From assembly GCA_016234845.1 (NCBI GenBank), contig JACRNP010000029.1, forward strand, positions 1-59,324: 59,324 nucleotides of DNA. Direction: 5' to 3'. The notes under the pieces are model-generated. The model searched no databases. It saw nothing but the letters and a program-made list of their open reading frames with translations, and was not told the DNA's origin. A program made the translations under genes and the position numbers. Below are positions 14,909-28,015 of the stretch, in pieces (positions within the stretch are counted from its first letter, which is position 1; the number at the start of each line of letters is the position of its first letter). Source of the stretch: Deltaproteobacteria bacterium. Lineage in GTDB: Bacteria; Desulfobacterota; Deferrimicrobia; Deferrimicrobiales; Deferrimicrobiaceae.

Positions 14909-17900
14909 AGCGCTTCGTCCACCTCCACCTGCACTCGCAGTACAGCCTGCTCGACGGGACGATCCAGTTCGGTCCCCTGGTCCGCCGGGTGAAGGAGCTG
15001 GGGATGCCCGCCGTCGCGGTCACGGACCACGGCGGGATGATGGGGACGATCGAGTTCTACGAGGAGGCCCGGAAAAACGGCATCAACCCGATCATCGGGA
15101 CCGAGATCTATGTCGCACCCGGCTCCCGCGAGGAGCGGAAGGTCGCCCCGACCGGCGAGTACGCCTACCACCTGATCCTGCTGGCGGAGAACGACACGGG
15201 GTACCGGAACCTGCTCCGGCTATCCTCCCTGGCGCACACCGAAGGTTTCTACTACAAGCCGCGGGTCGACAAGGAGCTTCTCCGGCGCTACTCGGAGGGG
15301 CTGATCGCCACCTCCGCCTGCCTGCAGGGCGAGATCCCGTTCGCGCTGGGGACGGAAGGGGAGGCGCGGGCGCTCGAGGTGCTGGAAGAGTACCGGTCGA
15401 TCTACGACGACGGCCGCTTCTTCCTCGAGATCCAGGACAACGGGCTACCGGAGCAGGAGAAGATGAACCCGCTCCTCATCGCGCTGTCGAAGCGGACGAA
15501 GACCCCGCTGGTCGCCACGAACGACTGCCACTACCTGAACCGGGAGGACGCCCGGTTCCAGGAAATCCTGCTCTGTCTGCAGACCGGCAAGACGATCGGG
15601 GACCCCACCCGGATGCGGTTCGGGTCGGACCAGTTCTACGTCAAGACGTACGAGGAGTTCGAGCGCGCCTTCGGGCACGTGGCGATGGACGCCCTGAAGA
15701 ACACGCTCCGGATCGCCGAGCGGTGCCAGGTGGAGATCGAGCTGGGCAGGAACAAGATCCCCGAGTTCGCCCTGCCTCCGGGGGTGTCGTCCGGAGAGTA
15801 CTTGAGGGAGCTGGCAACCCGGGGCCTGGAGCGCCGTCTCGAGGAGCACCGGCGGAAGGATGGGGCGCTTTCGAAGGATGCGGAAGCGGAGTACCGTCAC
15901 CGGCTCGCGTACGAGCTCTCCGTCATCGAGGAGACCGGCTTCCCGGGATATTTCCTGATCGTCGCGGACTTCATCGGGTACGCCAAGGACCGCGGCATCC
16001 CGGTGGGGCCCGGGCGCGGCAGCGCGGCGGGAAGCCTGGTCGCGTATGCGCTTCGAATAACCGACGTGGATCCGATACCTTACAAGCTGCTCTTCGAGCG
16101 ATTCCTTAACCCCGAACGGGTGAGCCTCCCCGACATCGACTGCGACTTCTGCAAGGATCGCCGGGACGAGGTGATCGCCTACGTCCAGGAAAAGTACGGA
16201 CGGGAGAACGTGGCGCAGCTCATCACGTTCGGAACGTGGAAGCCGCGCGCCGCCGTACGGGACGTCGGCCGGGTGCTCGAGATGCCGTACGCGGAGGTGG
16301 ACCGGATCGCCAAGCTGATACCCGCCGACCTGAAGATGACCCTCGAGAACGCACCGAAGGCGGAGCCGCAGCTGAAGGAGCTGATCGATTCCAACCCGAA
16401 GGTCGCCGAACTGTTCCGGTATTCGAGGGAGATCGAGGGACGCTCCCGCCACGCGGGCACGCACGCCTCGGCGGTGGTGATCGCCAACCGGCCGATCACC
16501 GAGTACTGCCCGCTGTACCGGCAGGCCACCGGAGAGATCACGACCCAGTACGCCATGCACCCGGTCGAGCGGGTCGGACTGGTGAAGTTCGATTTCCTGG
16601 GCCTGCGGACGCTGACCGCGATCCACGACACCCTCCGGCACCTTTCCTCGCTGCGGGGGATCGAGATCGACCTCGCCGCGCTGCCGCTGACCGACGCGGC
16701 GACCTACGAGACGCTGACCCGCGGGGACACCGCCGGCGTGTTCCAGAGCGAGAGCAAGGGTTTCACCGAGCTCACGATGAAGCTCCGGCCCGACCGGTTC
16801 ACGCACCTGATCGACCTGATGGCGCTGTATCGCCCGGGGCCGCTGCAGAGCGGGATGGCGGACGACTTCGTGGAGCGCCGGCACGGGCGGCGGAAGGTCG
16901 TCTACGCCCTGCCGCAGCTCGAGGAGATACTGAGCGGGACGTACGGCGTCATCGTGTACCAGGAGCAGGTGATGGAGATCGCCAAGGCGCTGGCCGGCTT
17001 CACGCTGGGAGAGGCCGACGTGCTCCGGAAGGCGATGGGGAAGAAGGACGACGCCCTCATGGAGAAGCAGAAAGCGCACTTCCTCGAGGGGGCGAAGGCG
17101 AACGGGATCCCGGAGCGGAAAGCCTCCGAGATCTTCGAGCTGGTCCGGCAGTTCGGAGGGTACGGCTTCAACAAGTCGCACAGCGCCGCGTACGCCCTGA
17201 TCGCGTACCAGACGGCGTACCTGAAGACCCACTACCCGCTGGAGTATTACAGCGCCCTGATGACCTCCGAGTCCGGGGACACCGACAAGATCATCCGGTA
17301 CATCGCGCACTGCCGGGAGAAGGGGATCCCGATCCTCCCGCCCGACGTGAACGAGTCCCGATTCGCGTTCTTCCCCGCGGGCAACGCGATCCGGTTCGGG
17401 CTGGGCGCCGTCAAGGGATTGGGGGAGGGTGCGATCGAGTCGATCCTCGAGGCCCGGGAGGAGCGTCCCTTCGAATCGATCCGGGACTTGCTCGCACGGG
17501 TGGACCTGCGGAAGGTGAACAAGCGGGCGGTGGAGAGCCTGATCAAGTCCGGAGCGCTGGACTCCCTCGATGCGGATCGCGGGGCGGTGTTCAACGGGCT
17601 GCCCGCCCTGATCGAGGAGGCGCAGGCGGAAGCGCGCAGGAAGGAGTCCGGCCAGTTCTCCCTCTTCGGGGGGGAGGCGGAGGAGAAGAAGCCGGCGCAG
17701 CGGAAAGGCGGCGGACCGCCGCCCGCCCCGGCGTGGACGAGACGCGATCGCCTCCAGTACGAGAAGGAGGCGCTGGGCTTCTACATCACCGGGCACCCTC
17801 TCGATTCGTGCGCCGCCGAAATCGCGATGTACGCCAACGCCACCACCGGAAAGCTTCCGGGATTCCACCACGGCGCGGAGGTGAAGCTCGGCGGCATCAT

Positions 17901-18375
17901 CGCTTCCCTGAAGGAGAAGGTCACGAAGAGGGGGGAGAAGATGGCCATCCTGACCCTCGAGGACCTCGAAGGGACGGTGGAGGTCACCGTGTTCCCCCGT
18001 ACGTACCAGGAGTGCCGCGAGATCCTGTCGACCTCCGCCCCGGTCTTTCTGCTCGGACGGATCGAAAAGGGGGAACAGGGGGTGAAGGTCACCATGGACG
18101 AGCTCTTCCTCATCGAGGACGTCCGGGAGCGGCTGGCCCGGTCGGTCCACTTCGACATCCTGCTCGACCGGGTGGGAACCGCGGAGATCTCCGAGCTCCG
18201 GAAGGTCATCGCGCGGAACGCGGGGGACAAGAAGGGATTCCTCCACGTATTCCGTGCGGGGGAGTACGAAGCGATCATCGCGCTGCCGGAGGGCGCGGGC
18301 GTTTCCCCGTCCCTCGAACTGGCGCGCGAGCTCAAGAACCGGTTCGGGTACGGGGTCCTGCGGCTCCACGGATGA
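14905..18375 (+). CDS. dnaE: DNA polymerase III alpha subunit
   Basis: [16 protein letters not shown] domain, [32 protein letters not shown]. Confidence 0.97.
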   Translation: MKRFVHLHLHSQYSLLDGTIQFGPLVRRVKELGMPAVAVTDHGGMMGTIEFYEEARKNGINPIIGTEIYVAPGSREERKVAPTGEYAYHLILLAENDTGYRNLLRLSSLAHTEGFYYKPRVDKELLRRYSEGLIATSACLQGEIPFALGTEGEARALEVLEEYRSIYDDGRFFLEIQDNGLPEQEKMNPLLIALSKRTKTPLVATNDCHYLNREDARFQEILLCLQTGKTIGDPTRMRFGSDQFYVKTYEEFERAFGHVAMDALKNTLRIAERCQVEIELGRNKIPEFALPPGVSSGEYLRELATRGLERRLEEHRRKDGALSKDAEAEYRHRLAYELSVIEETGFPGYFLIVADFIGYAKDRGIPVGPGRGSAAGSLVAYALRITDVDPIPYKLLFERFLNPERVSLPDIDCDFCKDRRDEVIAYVQEKYGRENVAQLITFGTWKPRAAVRDVGRVLEMPYAEVDRIAKLIPADLKMTLENAPKAEPQLKELIDSNPKVAELFRYSREIEGRSRHAGTHASAVVIANRPITEYCPLYRQATGEITTQYAMHPVERVGLVKFDFLGLRTLTAIHDTLRHLSSLRGIEIDLAALPLTDAATYETLTRGDTAGVFQSESKGFTELTMKLRPDRFTHLIDLMALYRPGPLQSGMADDFVERRHGRRKVVYALPQLEEILSGTYGVIVYQEQVMEIAKALAGFTLGEADVLRKAMGKKDDALMEKQKAHFLEGAKANGIPERKASEIFELVRQFGGYGFNKSHSAAYALIAYQTAYLKTHYPLEYYSALMTSESGDTDKIIRYIAHCREKGIPILPPDVNESRFAFFPAGNAIRFGLGAVKGLGEGAIESILEAREERPFESIRDLLARVDLRKVNKRAVESLIKSGALDSLDADRGAVFNGLPALIEEAQAEARRKESGQFSLFGGEAEEKKPAQRKGGGPPPAPAWTRRDRLQYEKEALGFYITGHPLDSCAAEIAMYANATTGKLPGFHHGAEVKLGGIIASLKEKVTKRGEKMAILTLEDLEGTVEVTVFPRTYQECREILSTSAPVFLLGRIEKGEQGVKVTMDELFLIEDVRERLARSVHFDILLDRVGTAEISELRKVIARNAGDKKGFLHVFRAGEYEAIIALPEGAGVSPSLELARELKNRFGYGVLRLHG

Positions 18376-19499
18376 CGCCTCCCGCCGCCGGACAGGAGCG
18401 CGCACTCCTCGTCTTCGCCCACCGGAAGTCGGCGAAGGGTCCCGCCGCCGTGCTCCACGTGTCCGAGGTGATGGACGAGCTTCGGGAACTCGTCCGGTCG
18501 GCGGGGGCCCGGGTCGTCGGCTCCCACGTCCAGACCGTGCAGACGGAGAATCCGGCCACGATCGTGGGAAAGGGGACGCTCGGGCGGCTCAAGGAAGAGG
18601 TCGCCGCGCTGGAGGCCAACCTGGTGGTCTTCCAGAACCTCCTGCGGCCGAAGCAGCAGGCGCTGCTCGAGAAGGAGCTGGAAGTGAAGACGCTCGACCG
18701 GCGGGAGATCATCCTCGACATCTTCGCCCAGCGGGCACGAACGAAGGAGGGGAGGCTGCAGGTGGAGCTGGCGCAGCTTTCCTTCCGGCTGGGACGGCTG
18801 GCTGGCGGGCGGACGGAGCTGTCCCGACTCGGCGGCGGGATCGGGACCCGGGGACCCGGCGAGAAGAAGCTGGAGGAGGACCGCCGCAGGATCCGAGCGC
18901 AGATCCGGCAGATCGAGAAGGAGCTCACCACGGTCCGGAGGACCCGCTCCCTCCACTACCTGCGGCGCAGGGAAGTCGGGTACCCGGTCGTCGCCCTGGT
19001 GGGGTACACCAACGCGGGAAAGTCGACCCTCTTCAACCGGCTCACGGGGGCCGACGTGTTCGTCGCGGACCGGATGTTCGCCACCCTCGATCCCACGGCG
19101 CGGCGGTTCCGGCTTCCCGGCGGGAAGGACGCGATCCTCGTGGACACGGTCGGGTTCATCCACGATCTTCCGGAAGAGCTTCGCCAGGCGTTTCTCGCCA
19201 CCCTCGAGGGGATCGGCGAGGCCGACCTGCTCCTGCACGTGGCCGACGGGAGCGCCGACGCGATGGACGGCAACATCGCGTCGGTCGATGCGATCCTGTC
19301 GGAGCTGTCGTTCCGCGACAAGCCGACCGTGCTCGTGGCGAACAAGAGGGACCTCTGCGCGCACGGCACGCGGGCGCCGCAGGGAGCGGTCAAGGTTTCG
19401 GCGAAGACCGGCGACGGGATCCACGGGCTGCTGTCGGCCGTCGAAGGGGAATTATGGCGTCGGCATCCGGAAAAGACCGGTTCGACCAGGCCCGCCTGA
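18372..19499 (+). CDS. hflX: GTPase HflX
   Basis: ILDIFAQRARTKEG.LQVELAQL, GIGTRGPGE, GYTNAGKST, FATLDPT, DTVGF. Confidence 0.95.
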   Translation: MTPPAAGQERALLVFAHRKSAKGPAAVLHVSEVMDELRELVRSAGARVVGSHVQTVQTENPATIVGKGTLGRLKEEVAALEANLVVFQNLLRPKQQALLEKELEVKTLDRREIILDIFAQRARTKEGRLQVELAQLSFRLGRLAGGRTELSRLGGGIGTRGPGEKKLEEDRRRIRAQIRQIEKELTTVRRTRSLHYLRRREVGYPVVALVGYTNAGKSTLFNRLTGADVFVADRMFATLDPTARRFRLPGGKDAILVDTVGFIHDLPEELRQAFLATLEGIGEADLLLHVADGSADAMDGNIASVDAILSELSFRDKPTVLVANKRDLCAHGTRAPQGAVKVSAKTGDGIHGLLSAVEGELWRRHPEKTGSTRPA

Positions 19500-20056
19500 T
19501 CAACATCGCCAACGGCCTCACGGCGATGCGGGTGCTCCTGGTCCCCCTGTTCGCGTACCTGCTGATATCGGGCAGGGAGCGGGAGGCGCTCGTCGTGTTC
19601 GGGGTGTGCGGCGTGAGCGACGGGCTCGACGGACTCCTCGCGCGGTGGCTCCGGCAGAGGACGCTGGTCGGGGCATTCCTCGACCCGATCGCCGACAAGC
19701 TGCTCATGGCGACCGCCTTCATCGTGCTCGCCTACGTGCGGATCATCCCCACGTGGCTCACGGTCCTGGTGATCAGTCGCGACCTCTTCATCCTGGTCGG
19801 AAGCTCCCTCTACCTCCTCCTGCTCGAATCGACCGACATCCGGCCGACGGGGATGAGCAAATTGAACACCGGGGTGCAGATCCTGACGGTGGTCTACTAC
19901 CTCGCGGTCGCCGCGTTTCCCGAGGCGGCGGATTCCATCGGGGCTTCGGACGGAACCGTCGTCGCGTCCGTCGTGCTGACGGTCTGCGCGCTCACCACGG
20001 TCCTCTCCGGCGTGCAGTATCTCTACCTGGGGATCCGCAAGCTGTCCGATGCGTGA
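19454..20056 (+). CDS. CDP-alcohol phosphatidyltransferase family protein
   Basis: NIANGLT..R and SDGLDGLLAR...GAFLDPIADK signature. Confidence 0.9.
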   Translation: MASASGKDRFDQARLINIANGLTAMRVLLVPLFAYLLISGREREALVVFGVCGVSDGLDGLLARWLRQRTLVGAFLDPIADKLLMATAFIVLAYVRIIPTWLTVLVISRDLFILVGSSLYLLLLESTDIRPTGMSKLNTGVQILTVVYYLAVAAFPEAADSIGASDGTVVASVVLTVCALTTVLSGVQYLYLGIRKLSDA

Positions 20057-21392
20057 GGGGCTGCCGGCGGCGCTGGCGCGCGCGGAACCAGGGGGCGGGG
20101 TCCGCGTGGACCTCGTGACCCGCGGAACCCCCGCCGACCTCGCCGGGATCCGGGCGGGCGACCGGGTCGTGTCCGTTTCCGGATCCCCGGTCGAGGACCT
20201 CCTCGACCTGCACTTCCTGACCTCCGGAAGCCGTTTCACGATTCGATGGAGGAACGCCGCGGGGGAGGAGCGCGAGCGATCCTTCCGCCCCGCGGGTGCG
20301 CCGCTGGGGATCCACCCCGAGCCGATCCGCGTGCGCCGGTGCCGGAACCGGTGCGTGTTCTGCTTCATCCACCAGCTTCCAAAGGGGTTGCGCCGAACGC
20401 TCTACGTGAAGGACGAGGACGTGCGGCTCTCCTTCCTGCACGGGCAGTACGTCACCTTTTCCGACCTGACCGACGGGGAGATCCGGAAGATCGTCCGGTA
20501 CCGCCTCTCTCCGCTCTACGTCTCGATCCACACCACGGACTCCGCCCTTCGAAGGAGGATGCTCGGGAACCGCGAGGCGCGGGACATCCTTCCGCTGCTC
20601 CGCCGTCTGGCACGCGCCGGCATCGCTCTTCACGGCCAGATCGTGGTGTGCCCCGGCATGAACGATGGGGAGGAGCTGGAGCGAACGCTGCGCGGGCTTT
20701 CGGCCCTTCGGCCGGGCCTGCGGTCCGTGGCGGTGGTGCCGGTCGGACTCACTTCCCATCGGGCGGGGCTGCCGCCGCTCCGGGCGGTCTCCCGGGAGGA
20801 GGCGAGGCGAACCCTCTCCCTCCTGCGGAGATTGCGGAAGGAAGGCGTCGGGAGGCTCGGCGGGGAGCCGTTCGCGTCCGCGGCGGACGAATATTACCTG
20901 ATCGCGGGAGAGCGTGTCCCGGGAAGAAGGGCGTACGGTTCCTACGCGCAGATCGGAAACGGGGTGGGGCTGCTTCGCCGCTTCCTGGACGGGTCGGCGG
21001 CGCTCTTCCGCCGGAAGGAGTGGCCGGGAGGGCCGGTGGGCGGGACCGTCGTGACCGGCGCGTCGGCCGCCCCGTTCGTTCGCGAATTTCTCGAGGAGTT
21101 CTCCCGGCGGGCCGGAGTCCGCTTCACCGCCGCGGTGGCCAGGAACCGTCTGATGGGGGATAGCGTCACGGTGACCGGCCTCCTGGGGGGCGGGGACATC
21201 CTCGCCGCGGTGGAGGGAAAGGTCCGGGGAGCGCTGTACATCCCTTCCGTCACCCTGCGGGATGCGGGGGACCTGTTCCTCGACGGGTTGACACCCGCGG
21301 ACGTCTCCCGGATCACCGGGGCGCGGGTCCGGGTGTTCGACCCCACCCCGCGGGGGTTCCTCGACGCATCCCACGGTGAAAATCACCCATAA
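20049..21392 (+). CDS. PDZ + radical-SAM DUF512 family protein
   Basis: CRNRCVFCFIHQLPKGLR.TLYVKDED.RLSF, SPLYVSIHTT, GQIVVCPG.NDG. Confidence 0.85.
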   Translation: MREGLPAALARAEPGGGVRVDLVTRGTPADLAGIRAGDRVVSVSGSPVEDLLDLHFLTSGSRFTIRWRNAAGEERERSFRPAGAPLGIHPEPIRVRRCRNRCVFCFIHQLPKGLRRTLYVKDEDVRLSFLHGQYVTFSDLTDGEIRKIVRYRLSPLYVSIHTTDSALRRRMLGNREARDILPLLRRLARAGIALHGQIVVCPGMNDGEELERTLRGLSALRPGLRSVAVVPVGLTSHRAGLPPLRAVSREEARRTLSLLRRLRKEGVGRLGGEPFASAADEYYLIAGERVPGRRAYGSYAQIGNGVGLLRRFLDGSAALFRRKEWPGGPVGGTVVTGASAAPFVREFLEEFSRRAGVRFTAAVARNRLMGDSVTVTGLLGGGDILAAVEGKVRGALYIPSVTLRDAGDLFLDGLTPADVSRITGARVRVFDPTPRGFLDASHGENHP

Positions 21393-21397
21393 TATCG

Positions 21398-21427
21398 TTG
21401 ACATTTCCATGCGTTCTCTGATATTTT
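21398..21427 (+). promoter_or_regulatory. Sigma70-type promoter for tRNA-Val/thrS
   Basis: TTGACA-N18-TATTTT with extended TG, 24 nt upstream of the tRNA. Confidence 0.5.
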
Positions 21428-21450
21428 TCCTTGTCTTGATCGGAGTGGAC

Positions 21451-21527
21451 GGGCGATTAGCTCAGATGGTTAGAGTACCTGCTTGACATGCAGGGGGTCA
21501 CTGGTTCAAGTCCAGTATCGCCCACCA
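21451..21527 (+). tRNA. tRNA-Val(GAC)
   Basis: 77-nt cloverleaf; GGGCGAT/ATCGCCC acceptor stem, anticodon loop TTGACAT, GGTTCAAGTCC, 3' CCA. Confidence 0.96.
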
Positions 21528-21572
21528 TTTCCCCTCCCCCCCACGTGGCGAAAAACGAACGGATCCGGTGAG

Positions 21573-23402
<1,830 letters not shown>

Positions 23403-23413
23403 AGGAGGACGCC

Positions 23414-23998
23414 ATCGCCAAGGAATCCAGAATCAACGAGCAGATCCAGGTGCCGGAGGTGCGGCTTGTGGGCGCCGAGGGAGAGCAGCTCGGCGTGGTG
23501 AATACGTCGGAGGCGCTCCAGCGTGCACGGGCGCTCGACCTCGACCTGGTGGAGGTGGCGCCGATGGCCGTTCCGCCGGTCTGCCGGATCATGGATTTCG
23601 GCAAGTTCAAGTACATCCAGAGCAAGCGGGAGCAGGAGGCCCGGAAGAAGCAGACGGTGATCCAGGTCAAGGAGATCAAGGTCCGTCCCAAGACCGAGGA
23701 GCACGACATCAACACCAAGCTCAAGCATATCCGCCGCTTCCTGGAGGAGGGGGACAAGGTGAAGGTGACCGTCCGGTTCCGCGGGCGGGAGCTGGCCTAC
23801 GCCTCCCAGAGCGGATTCGAAGTGCTGAAGCACATCGTAGACGCCATCGCGGACGTCGCGAAGGTGGAGTCCGCGCCGAAGATGGAGGGGAAGACGATGA
23901 TGACCATCGTGACCCCGACGGCGCACAAGAAGAAACCGTTGGCAGCACCCGCGAAACCGGGGCCCGCGGCCCCGGAGGCCGGGAAACAGGAGGGATAG
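23414..23998 (+). CDS. infC: Translation initiation factor IF-3, ATC start codon
   Basis: RINEQI...VRLVG, PPVCRIMDFGKFKY, VKEIKVRP; SD AAAGGAGG followed by in-frame ATC at 23414. Confidence 0.93.
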   Translation: MAKESRINEQIQVPEVRLVGAEGEQLGVVNTSEALQRARALDLDLVEVAPMAVPPVCRIMDFGKFKYIQSKREQEARKKQTVIQVKEIKVRPKTEEHDINTKLKHIRRFLEEGDKVKVTVRFRGRELAYASQSGFEVLKHIVDAIADVAKVESAPKMEGKTMMTIVTPTAHKKKPLAAPAKPGPAAPEAGKQEG

Positions 23999-24001
23999 GA
24001 G

Positions 24002-24199
24002 ATGCCCAAGATGAAATCGAACCGGGGCGCGAACAAGCGTTTCCGGGCGACCGGCGGCGGCGGGATCAAGCGCGCCAAGTCCGGCAAGAGCCACATCCTG
24101 ACGAGCAAGGACCGGAAGCGGAAGCGGGGGCTGCGGAAATCCGCCCTCGTGGACAAGACGAACGAGCGTTCGATCCGGCGCCTGCTGCCGTACATTTAA
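24002..24199 (+). CDS. rpmI: 50S ribosomal protein L35
   Basis: MPKMKSNRGANKRF...HILTSK. Confidence 0.95.
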   Translation: MPKMKSNRGANKRFRATGGGGIKRAKSGKSHILTSKDRKRKRGLRKSALVDKTNERSIRRLLPYI

Positions 24200-24214
24200 C
24201 CGAAGGGACATGCC

Positions 24215-24571
24215 ATGCCTCGCGTGAAGAGAGCGGTACATTCGCACAAGAAGCGCCGCAAGATCCTGAAGCTCGCCAAGGGGTTCCGCGGAGGCCACGG
24301 GAACCTGCTCCGGTCGGCCAAGGAGGCCGTCGCCCGCGCGCTGCGGTACGCCTACCGCGACCGCCGGACGAAGAAGCGGGAGTTCCGCGCCCTGTGGATC
24401 ACCCGCGTCAACGCGGCGGCACGGGAGAACGGGCTTTCGTACAGCCAGTTCATGTTCGGCCTGAAGAAGGCGGGGGTCGAGGTGGACCGCAAGATCCTGG
24501 CGGACATCGCGGTCAACGACGCCTCCGGCTTCCGGTCGCTCGCCGAAAAAGCAAGAGCCGCGCTGGCGTAG
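24215..24571 (+). CDS. rplT: 50S ribosomal protein L20
   Basis: MPRVKR...[23 protein letters not shown]. Confidence 0.97.
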   Translation: MPRVKRAVHSHKKRRKILKLAKGFRGGHGNLLRSAKEAVARALRYAYRDRRTKKREFRALWITRVNAAARENGLSYSQFMFGLKKAGVEVDRKILADIAVNDASGFRSLAEKARAALA

Positions 24572-24579
24572 GGGGGCCG

Positions 24580-25560
24580 TTGTCCGGCACCTCCGATCGG
24601 ATCGGACGCCTCCTCGAGGAGGGGCTCGCGGCCCTCGCGGCCGCGCGGAGCGAGAGCGACCTCCTCGAGGCGAAAGGGCGGTTCTTCGGCAAGAAGGGGG
24701 AGATCTCCGGGATTCTTAAGGGGATCGGTTCCCTCTCCATCGAGGAGCGCAAGGCGCTGGGGGCCGAATCGAACCGCGCCCGCGCCGAGCTCGAATCGGT
24801 CTTCGACGCCCGGCTCGAGGAGATCCGCGAACGGGAACGGGACGCCCGGGAGGGGAAGGAGCGGATCGACGTCACCCTTCCCGGGAGGGCGCTCCTCCCC
24901 GGCCGGCGGCATCCCATCCTGCAGACGATGGCCGACACCATCGCCGTCTTCCGGCGCCTGGGCTTTTCGGTGCGGACCGGGCCGGACGTGGAGAAGGACT
25001 ACTATAATTTCGAGGCGCTCAACTTCCCGCCCGAGCACCCCGCGCGAGACATGCAGGACACCTTCTACGTCGAGTCCGACGCGATGGACCTGGTCCTGCG
25101 CACCCACACCTCCCCCATCCAGATCCGCACGATGGAGAAGACCCGTCCGCCGGTCCGGATCATCGCTCCCGGGGCGGTGTACCGGTCCGACTCGGACATC
25201 ACCCACTCCCCGATGTTCCACCAGGTGGAGGGGCTGGCGGTCGACCGGGACATCACGATGGCGGACCTCAAAGGTCTGCTGACCGAGTTCTGCCGGATGA
25301 CGTTCGGCGCCGAGATGGACATCCAGTGCGTCATCTGCGGCGGCTCCGGCTGCCGCGTCTGCAAGGACACCGGATGGCTCGAGATCCTCGGGGCCGGCAT
25401 GGTCGACCCGGCGGTGTTCGGCTTCGTAGGGTACGACCCCGAGGAGTACACGGGGTTCGCATTCGGCATGGGCATCGAGCGGATCGCGATGTTGCGCCAC
25501 GGCATCTCGGACATCCGTCTCTTCTTCGAAAACGACATCCGGTTCCTCTCGCAGTTCTGA
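24580..25560 (+). CDS. pheS: Phenylalanyl-tRNA synthetase alpha subunit (missing RFRPSxFPFTEPS motif)
   Basis: HPARDMQDTFY, LRTHTSPIQIR, HSPMFHQVEG, WLEILGAGMV, GFAFGMGIER; TTG start. Confidence 0.92.
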   Translation: MSGTSDRIGRLLEEGLAALAAARSESDLLEAKGRFFGKKGEISGILKGIGSLSIEERKALGAESNRARAELESVFDARLEEIRERERDAREGKERIDVTLPGRALLPGRRHPILQTMADTIAVFRRLGFSVRTGPDVEKDYYNFEALNFPPEHPARDMQDTFYVESDAMDLVLRTHTSPIQIRTMEKTRPPVRIIAPGAVYRSDSDITHSPMFHQVEGLAVDRDITMADLKGLLTEFCRMTFGAEMDIQCVICGGSGCRVCKDTGWLEILGAGMVDPAVFGFVGYDPEEYTGFAFGMGIERIAMLRHGISDIRLFFENDIRFLSQF

Positions 25561-25588
25561 CCACGGCGGGAGGGGGAGACACCTTCTC

Positions 25589-27997
25589 TTGAAGATACTC
25601 TGGTCCTGGCTCGCGGAGTTCATCGACACGCGGCTCTCGCCCGCGCAGGTGCAGGAGGCGCTGACAATGGCCGGCGTGGAGGTCTCCTCCTGCCGTTTCC
25701 TCGGCGAGGGGCTGGACTCCGTGGTCACGGCGAGGATCCTCGGGATGGGGCAGCACCCGAACGCCGACCGGCTGTCGGTGTGCCGGGTCACAGACGGGAC
25801 GGCGGAGTACGACATCGTCTGCGGCGCGCGGAACATGAAGGCGGGGGATGCCGTGGCGCTTGCGAAGGTCGGCGCCAGGCTCCCCAACGGCGTGGAGATC
25901 CGGAAGGCGAAGATCCGCGGACGGCAGTCGGAAGGGATGCTCTGCTCCGAGCAGGAGCTGAAACTCGCGGAGGAGTCGGCCGGGATCCTGATCCTCGCGG
26001 AGGACACGGCTCCGGGTCGGCCGCTCGCCGAAGCGCTCGGGCTGTCCGACTGGCTGCTGGAGGTGGAGATCACCCCGAACCGGGGCGACTGCCTGAGCGT
26101 ACTCGGGGTCGCGCGGGAGATCGCATCCGTCACCGGCGAGGCGGTGCGGATCCCCGACGTATCCGTCCGCGAGGACGGACCTCCGATCGAAAGTCTCGTT
26201 ACCATCGACGTGTCCGACCCCGGGCTCTGCCCGCGGTACACCGCGCGCGCCGTCACCGGCGTGAAGGTGGGACCGTCCCCCGACTGGATGCGCCGGCGGC
26301 TGGCCTTCTGCGGGATCCGGCCGATCAACAACGTCGTCGACGTCACGAACTACCTCCTCCTCGAGACCGGGCAGCCGATGCACGCGTTCGACCTCGAACG
26401 TCTGCGCGGCGCCCGCATCGACGTGAAGGCGGAGGCGGAGCCGACGACGTTCACCACACTGGACGGAACGGAGCGGAAGATCGATCCCGGGATGCTCCTC
26501 ATCCGCGACGGAGAGGGGCCGGTCGCGGTCGCGGGCATCATGGGCGGCCAAAACAGCGAGGTGACCGAAGGCACGACGAAAGTGCTGTTCGAAAGCGCCC
26601 ACTTCGCCCCCGCCTCGATCCGGCGGACCGGGCGCCGCCTGGGGCTGTCCAGCGAATCGTCGTACCGGTTCGAACGGGGCGTGGATCCGGCGGGGACGGT
26701 GTTCGCGGCGGACCGCGCCGTTTCCCTGCTGGCCCGTATGTCGGACGTGGCCGCGGCGAAGGGAGTCATCGACATCGGAGGCGGGGGCTCGCTCGATCGG
26801 ACCGTACGCTTCCGCCACGCGAGGGCGGAACGGATCATCGGAAAGGGATATTCCCCCGAGGAGTGCGAAGGGATCTTCACACGCCTCGGGTTTCCGGCGA
26901 CCCGCACGGGAGACGGGGAGTGGCGGGTTTCCGTCCCGTCCTACCGGTTCGACATCGAGCGGGAGATCGACCTGATCGAGGAGATCGCGCGGCTTTCGGG
27001 ATACGACGCGATTCCCGCGACGTATCCGGAGTCCAAGGCCCCCGATTTTTCCGCCGCCGACCGGTTCGTCGATATTTCCGAGCGGGCATGCGATTACCTT
27101 CAGGGGCGCGGGTTCCACCAGGCGGTGAACTTCTCGTTCGTGTCCGGTCGGAAATGGGAGCGCATGGGGAAACTGTTCGGATTCGACGAAGGGGACGCGG
27201 TTCGCGTGAAGAATCCGATTTCCGACGAAACGACCCTGATGCGTCCGCACCTGCTGTCGGGACTGCTCCAGAACGTATCCGACAATGTTCGGCGTTTCAT
27301 CGAGGATGTCCGCCTCTACGAAACGGGAAAAGCCTACGGAAAGCGGTTCGTCGACGGACACTTCGAGGAGCATCGTCTGGGGATCGTCCTTTGCGGCAGG
27401 CGCCTGCCGGGAGAGTGGACCGGAGGATCCGCCCCGGTCGATTTCTTCGATATGAAAGGCGTGGCGGAGCCGCTTCTCCACTTCCTCGGATCGGGACCGG
27501 TCCACGTCGTTCCCTCCCGGCAACGTCCTTTCCTTGAGGAAGGGAAGGCGGCGGACATCGTTTGCCGCGGCGAGGTCGTCGGCTGGTTCGGGGCGATCCG
27601 GCGGGAACTGCTGTCCGAGTATGAAATCGCCGGCCCCGTATTCTATGGGGAAATCCGTCTCGAGGCCGCGACGTCCGCTCCGCCTCCGCCCGGCGCGTAT
27701 CGTCCGCTTCCGAAATTCCCCCCCGTTTTCCGGGATGTTGCGTGCGTGTTTCCGGACAATGTCCCGGTGGGGGACGTCCTGTCGATGGTTCGGGAAGTCT
27801 GCACCGAGATCGCGGACGCGACCGTATTCGACGTGTTTACGGGAGAAAAGATCGGAGAGGGGAAGAAGAGCGTGGCGATCCGGGTGAAATTGCAACCTTC
27901 AGACAGAACCTTGACGGACGCCGACGTAAATAGTATACATACCAAGATCGTAAATTTATTGGAGAATCGGTTCGGGGGCAAGATCCGGACCTCTTGA
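25589..27997 (+). CDS. pheT: Phenylalanyl-tRNA synthetase beta subunit
   Basis: HPNADRL, VCGARN, ITPNRGDCLS, INNVVDVTNY, RFERGVD, DLIEEIAR. Confidence 0.96.
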   Translation: MKILWSWLAEFIDTRLSPAQVQEALTMAGVEVSSCRFLGEGLDSVVTARILGMGQHPNADRLSVCRVTDGTAEYDIVCGARNMKAGDAVALAKVGARLPNGVEIRKAKIRGRQSEGMLCSEQELKLAEESAGILILAEDTAPGRPLAEALGLSDWLLEVEITPNRGDCLSVLGVAREIASVTGEAVRIPDVSVREDGPPIESLVTIDVSDPGLCPRYTARAVTGVKVGPSPDWMRRRLAFCGIRPINNVVDVTNYLLLETGQPMHAFDLERLRGARIDVKAEAEPTTFTTLDGTERKIDPGMLLIRDGEGPVAVAGIMGGQNSEVTEGTTKVLFESAHFAPASIRRTGRRLGLSSESSYRFERGVDPAGTVFAADRAVSLLARMSDVAAAKGVIDIGGGGSLDRTVRFRHARAERIIGKGYSPEECEGIFTRLGFPATRTGDGEWRVSVPSYRFDIEREIDLIEEIARLSGYDAIPATYPESKAPDFSAADRFVDISERACDYLQGRGFHQAVNFSFVSGRKWERMGKLFGFDEGDAVRVKNPISDETTLMRPHLLSGLLQNVSDNVRRFIEDVRLYETGKAYGKRFVDGHFEEHRLGIVLCGRRLPGEWTGGSAPVDFFDMKGVAEPLLHFLGSGPVHVVPSRQRPFLEEGKAADIVCRGEVVGWFGAIRRELLSEYEIAGPVFYGEIRLEAATSAPPPPGAYRPLPKFPPVFRDVACVFPDNVPVGDVLSMVREVCTEIADATVFDVFTGEKIGEGKKSVAIRVKLQPSDRTLTDADVNSIHTKIVNLLENRFGGKIRTS

Positions 27998-28015
27998 AGG
28001 CCGGGAGGAGGCGTC

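Noticed and set aside
16225-16250. Dna[10 protein letters not shown], with Trp where homologs usually have Met/Leu
   Set aside because: Single substitution that could be natural variation or a base error; catalytic motifs are intact.
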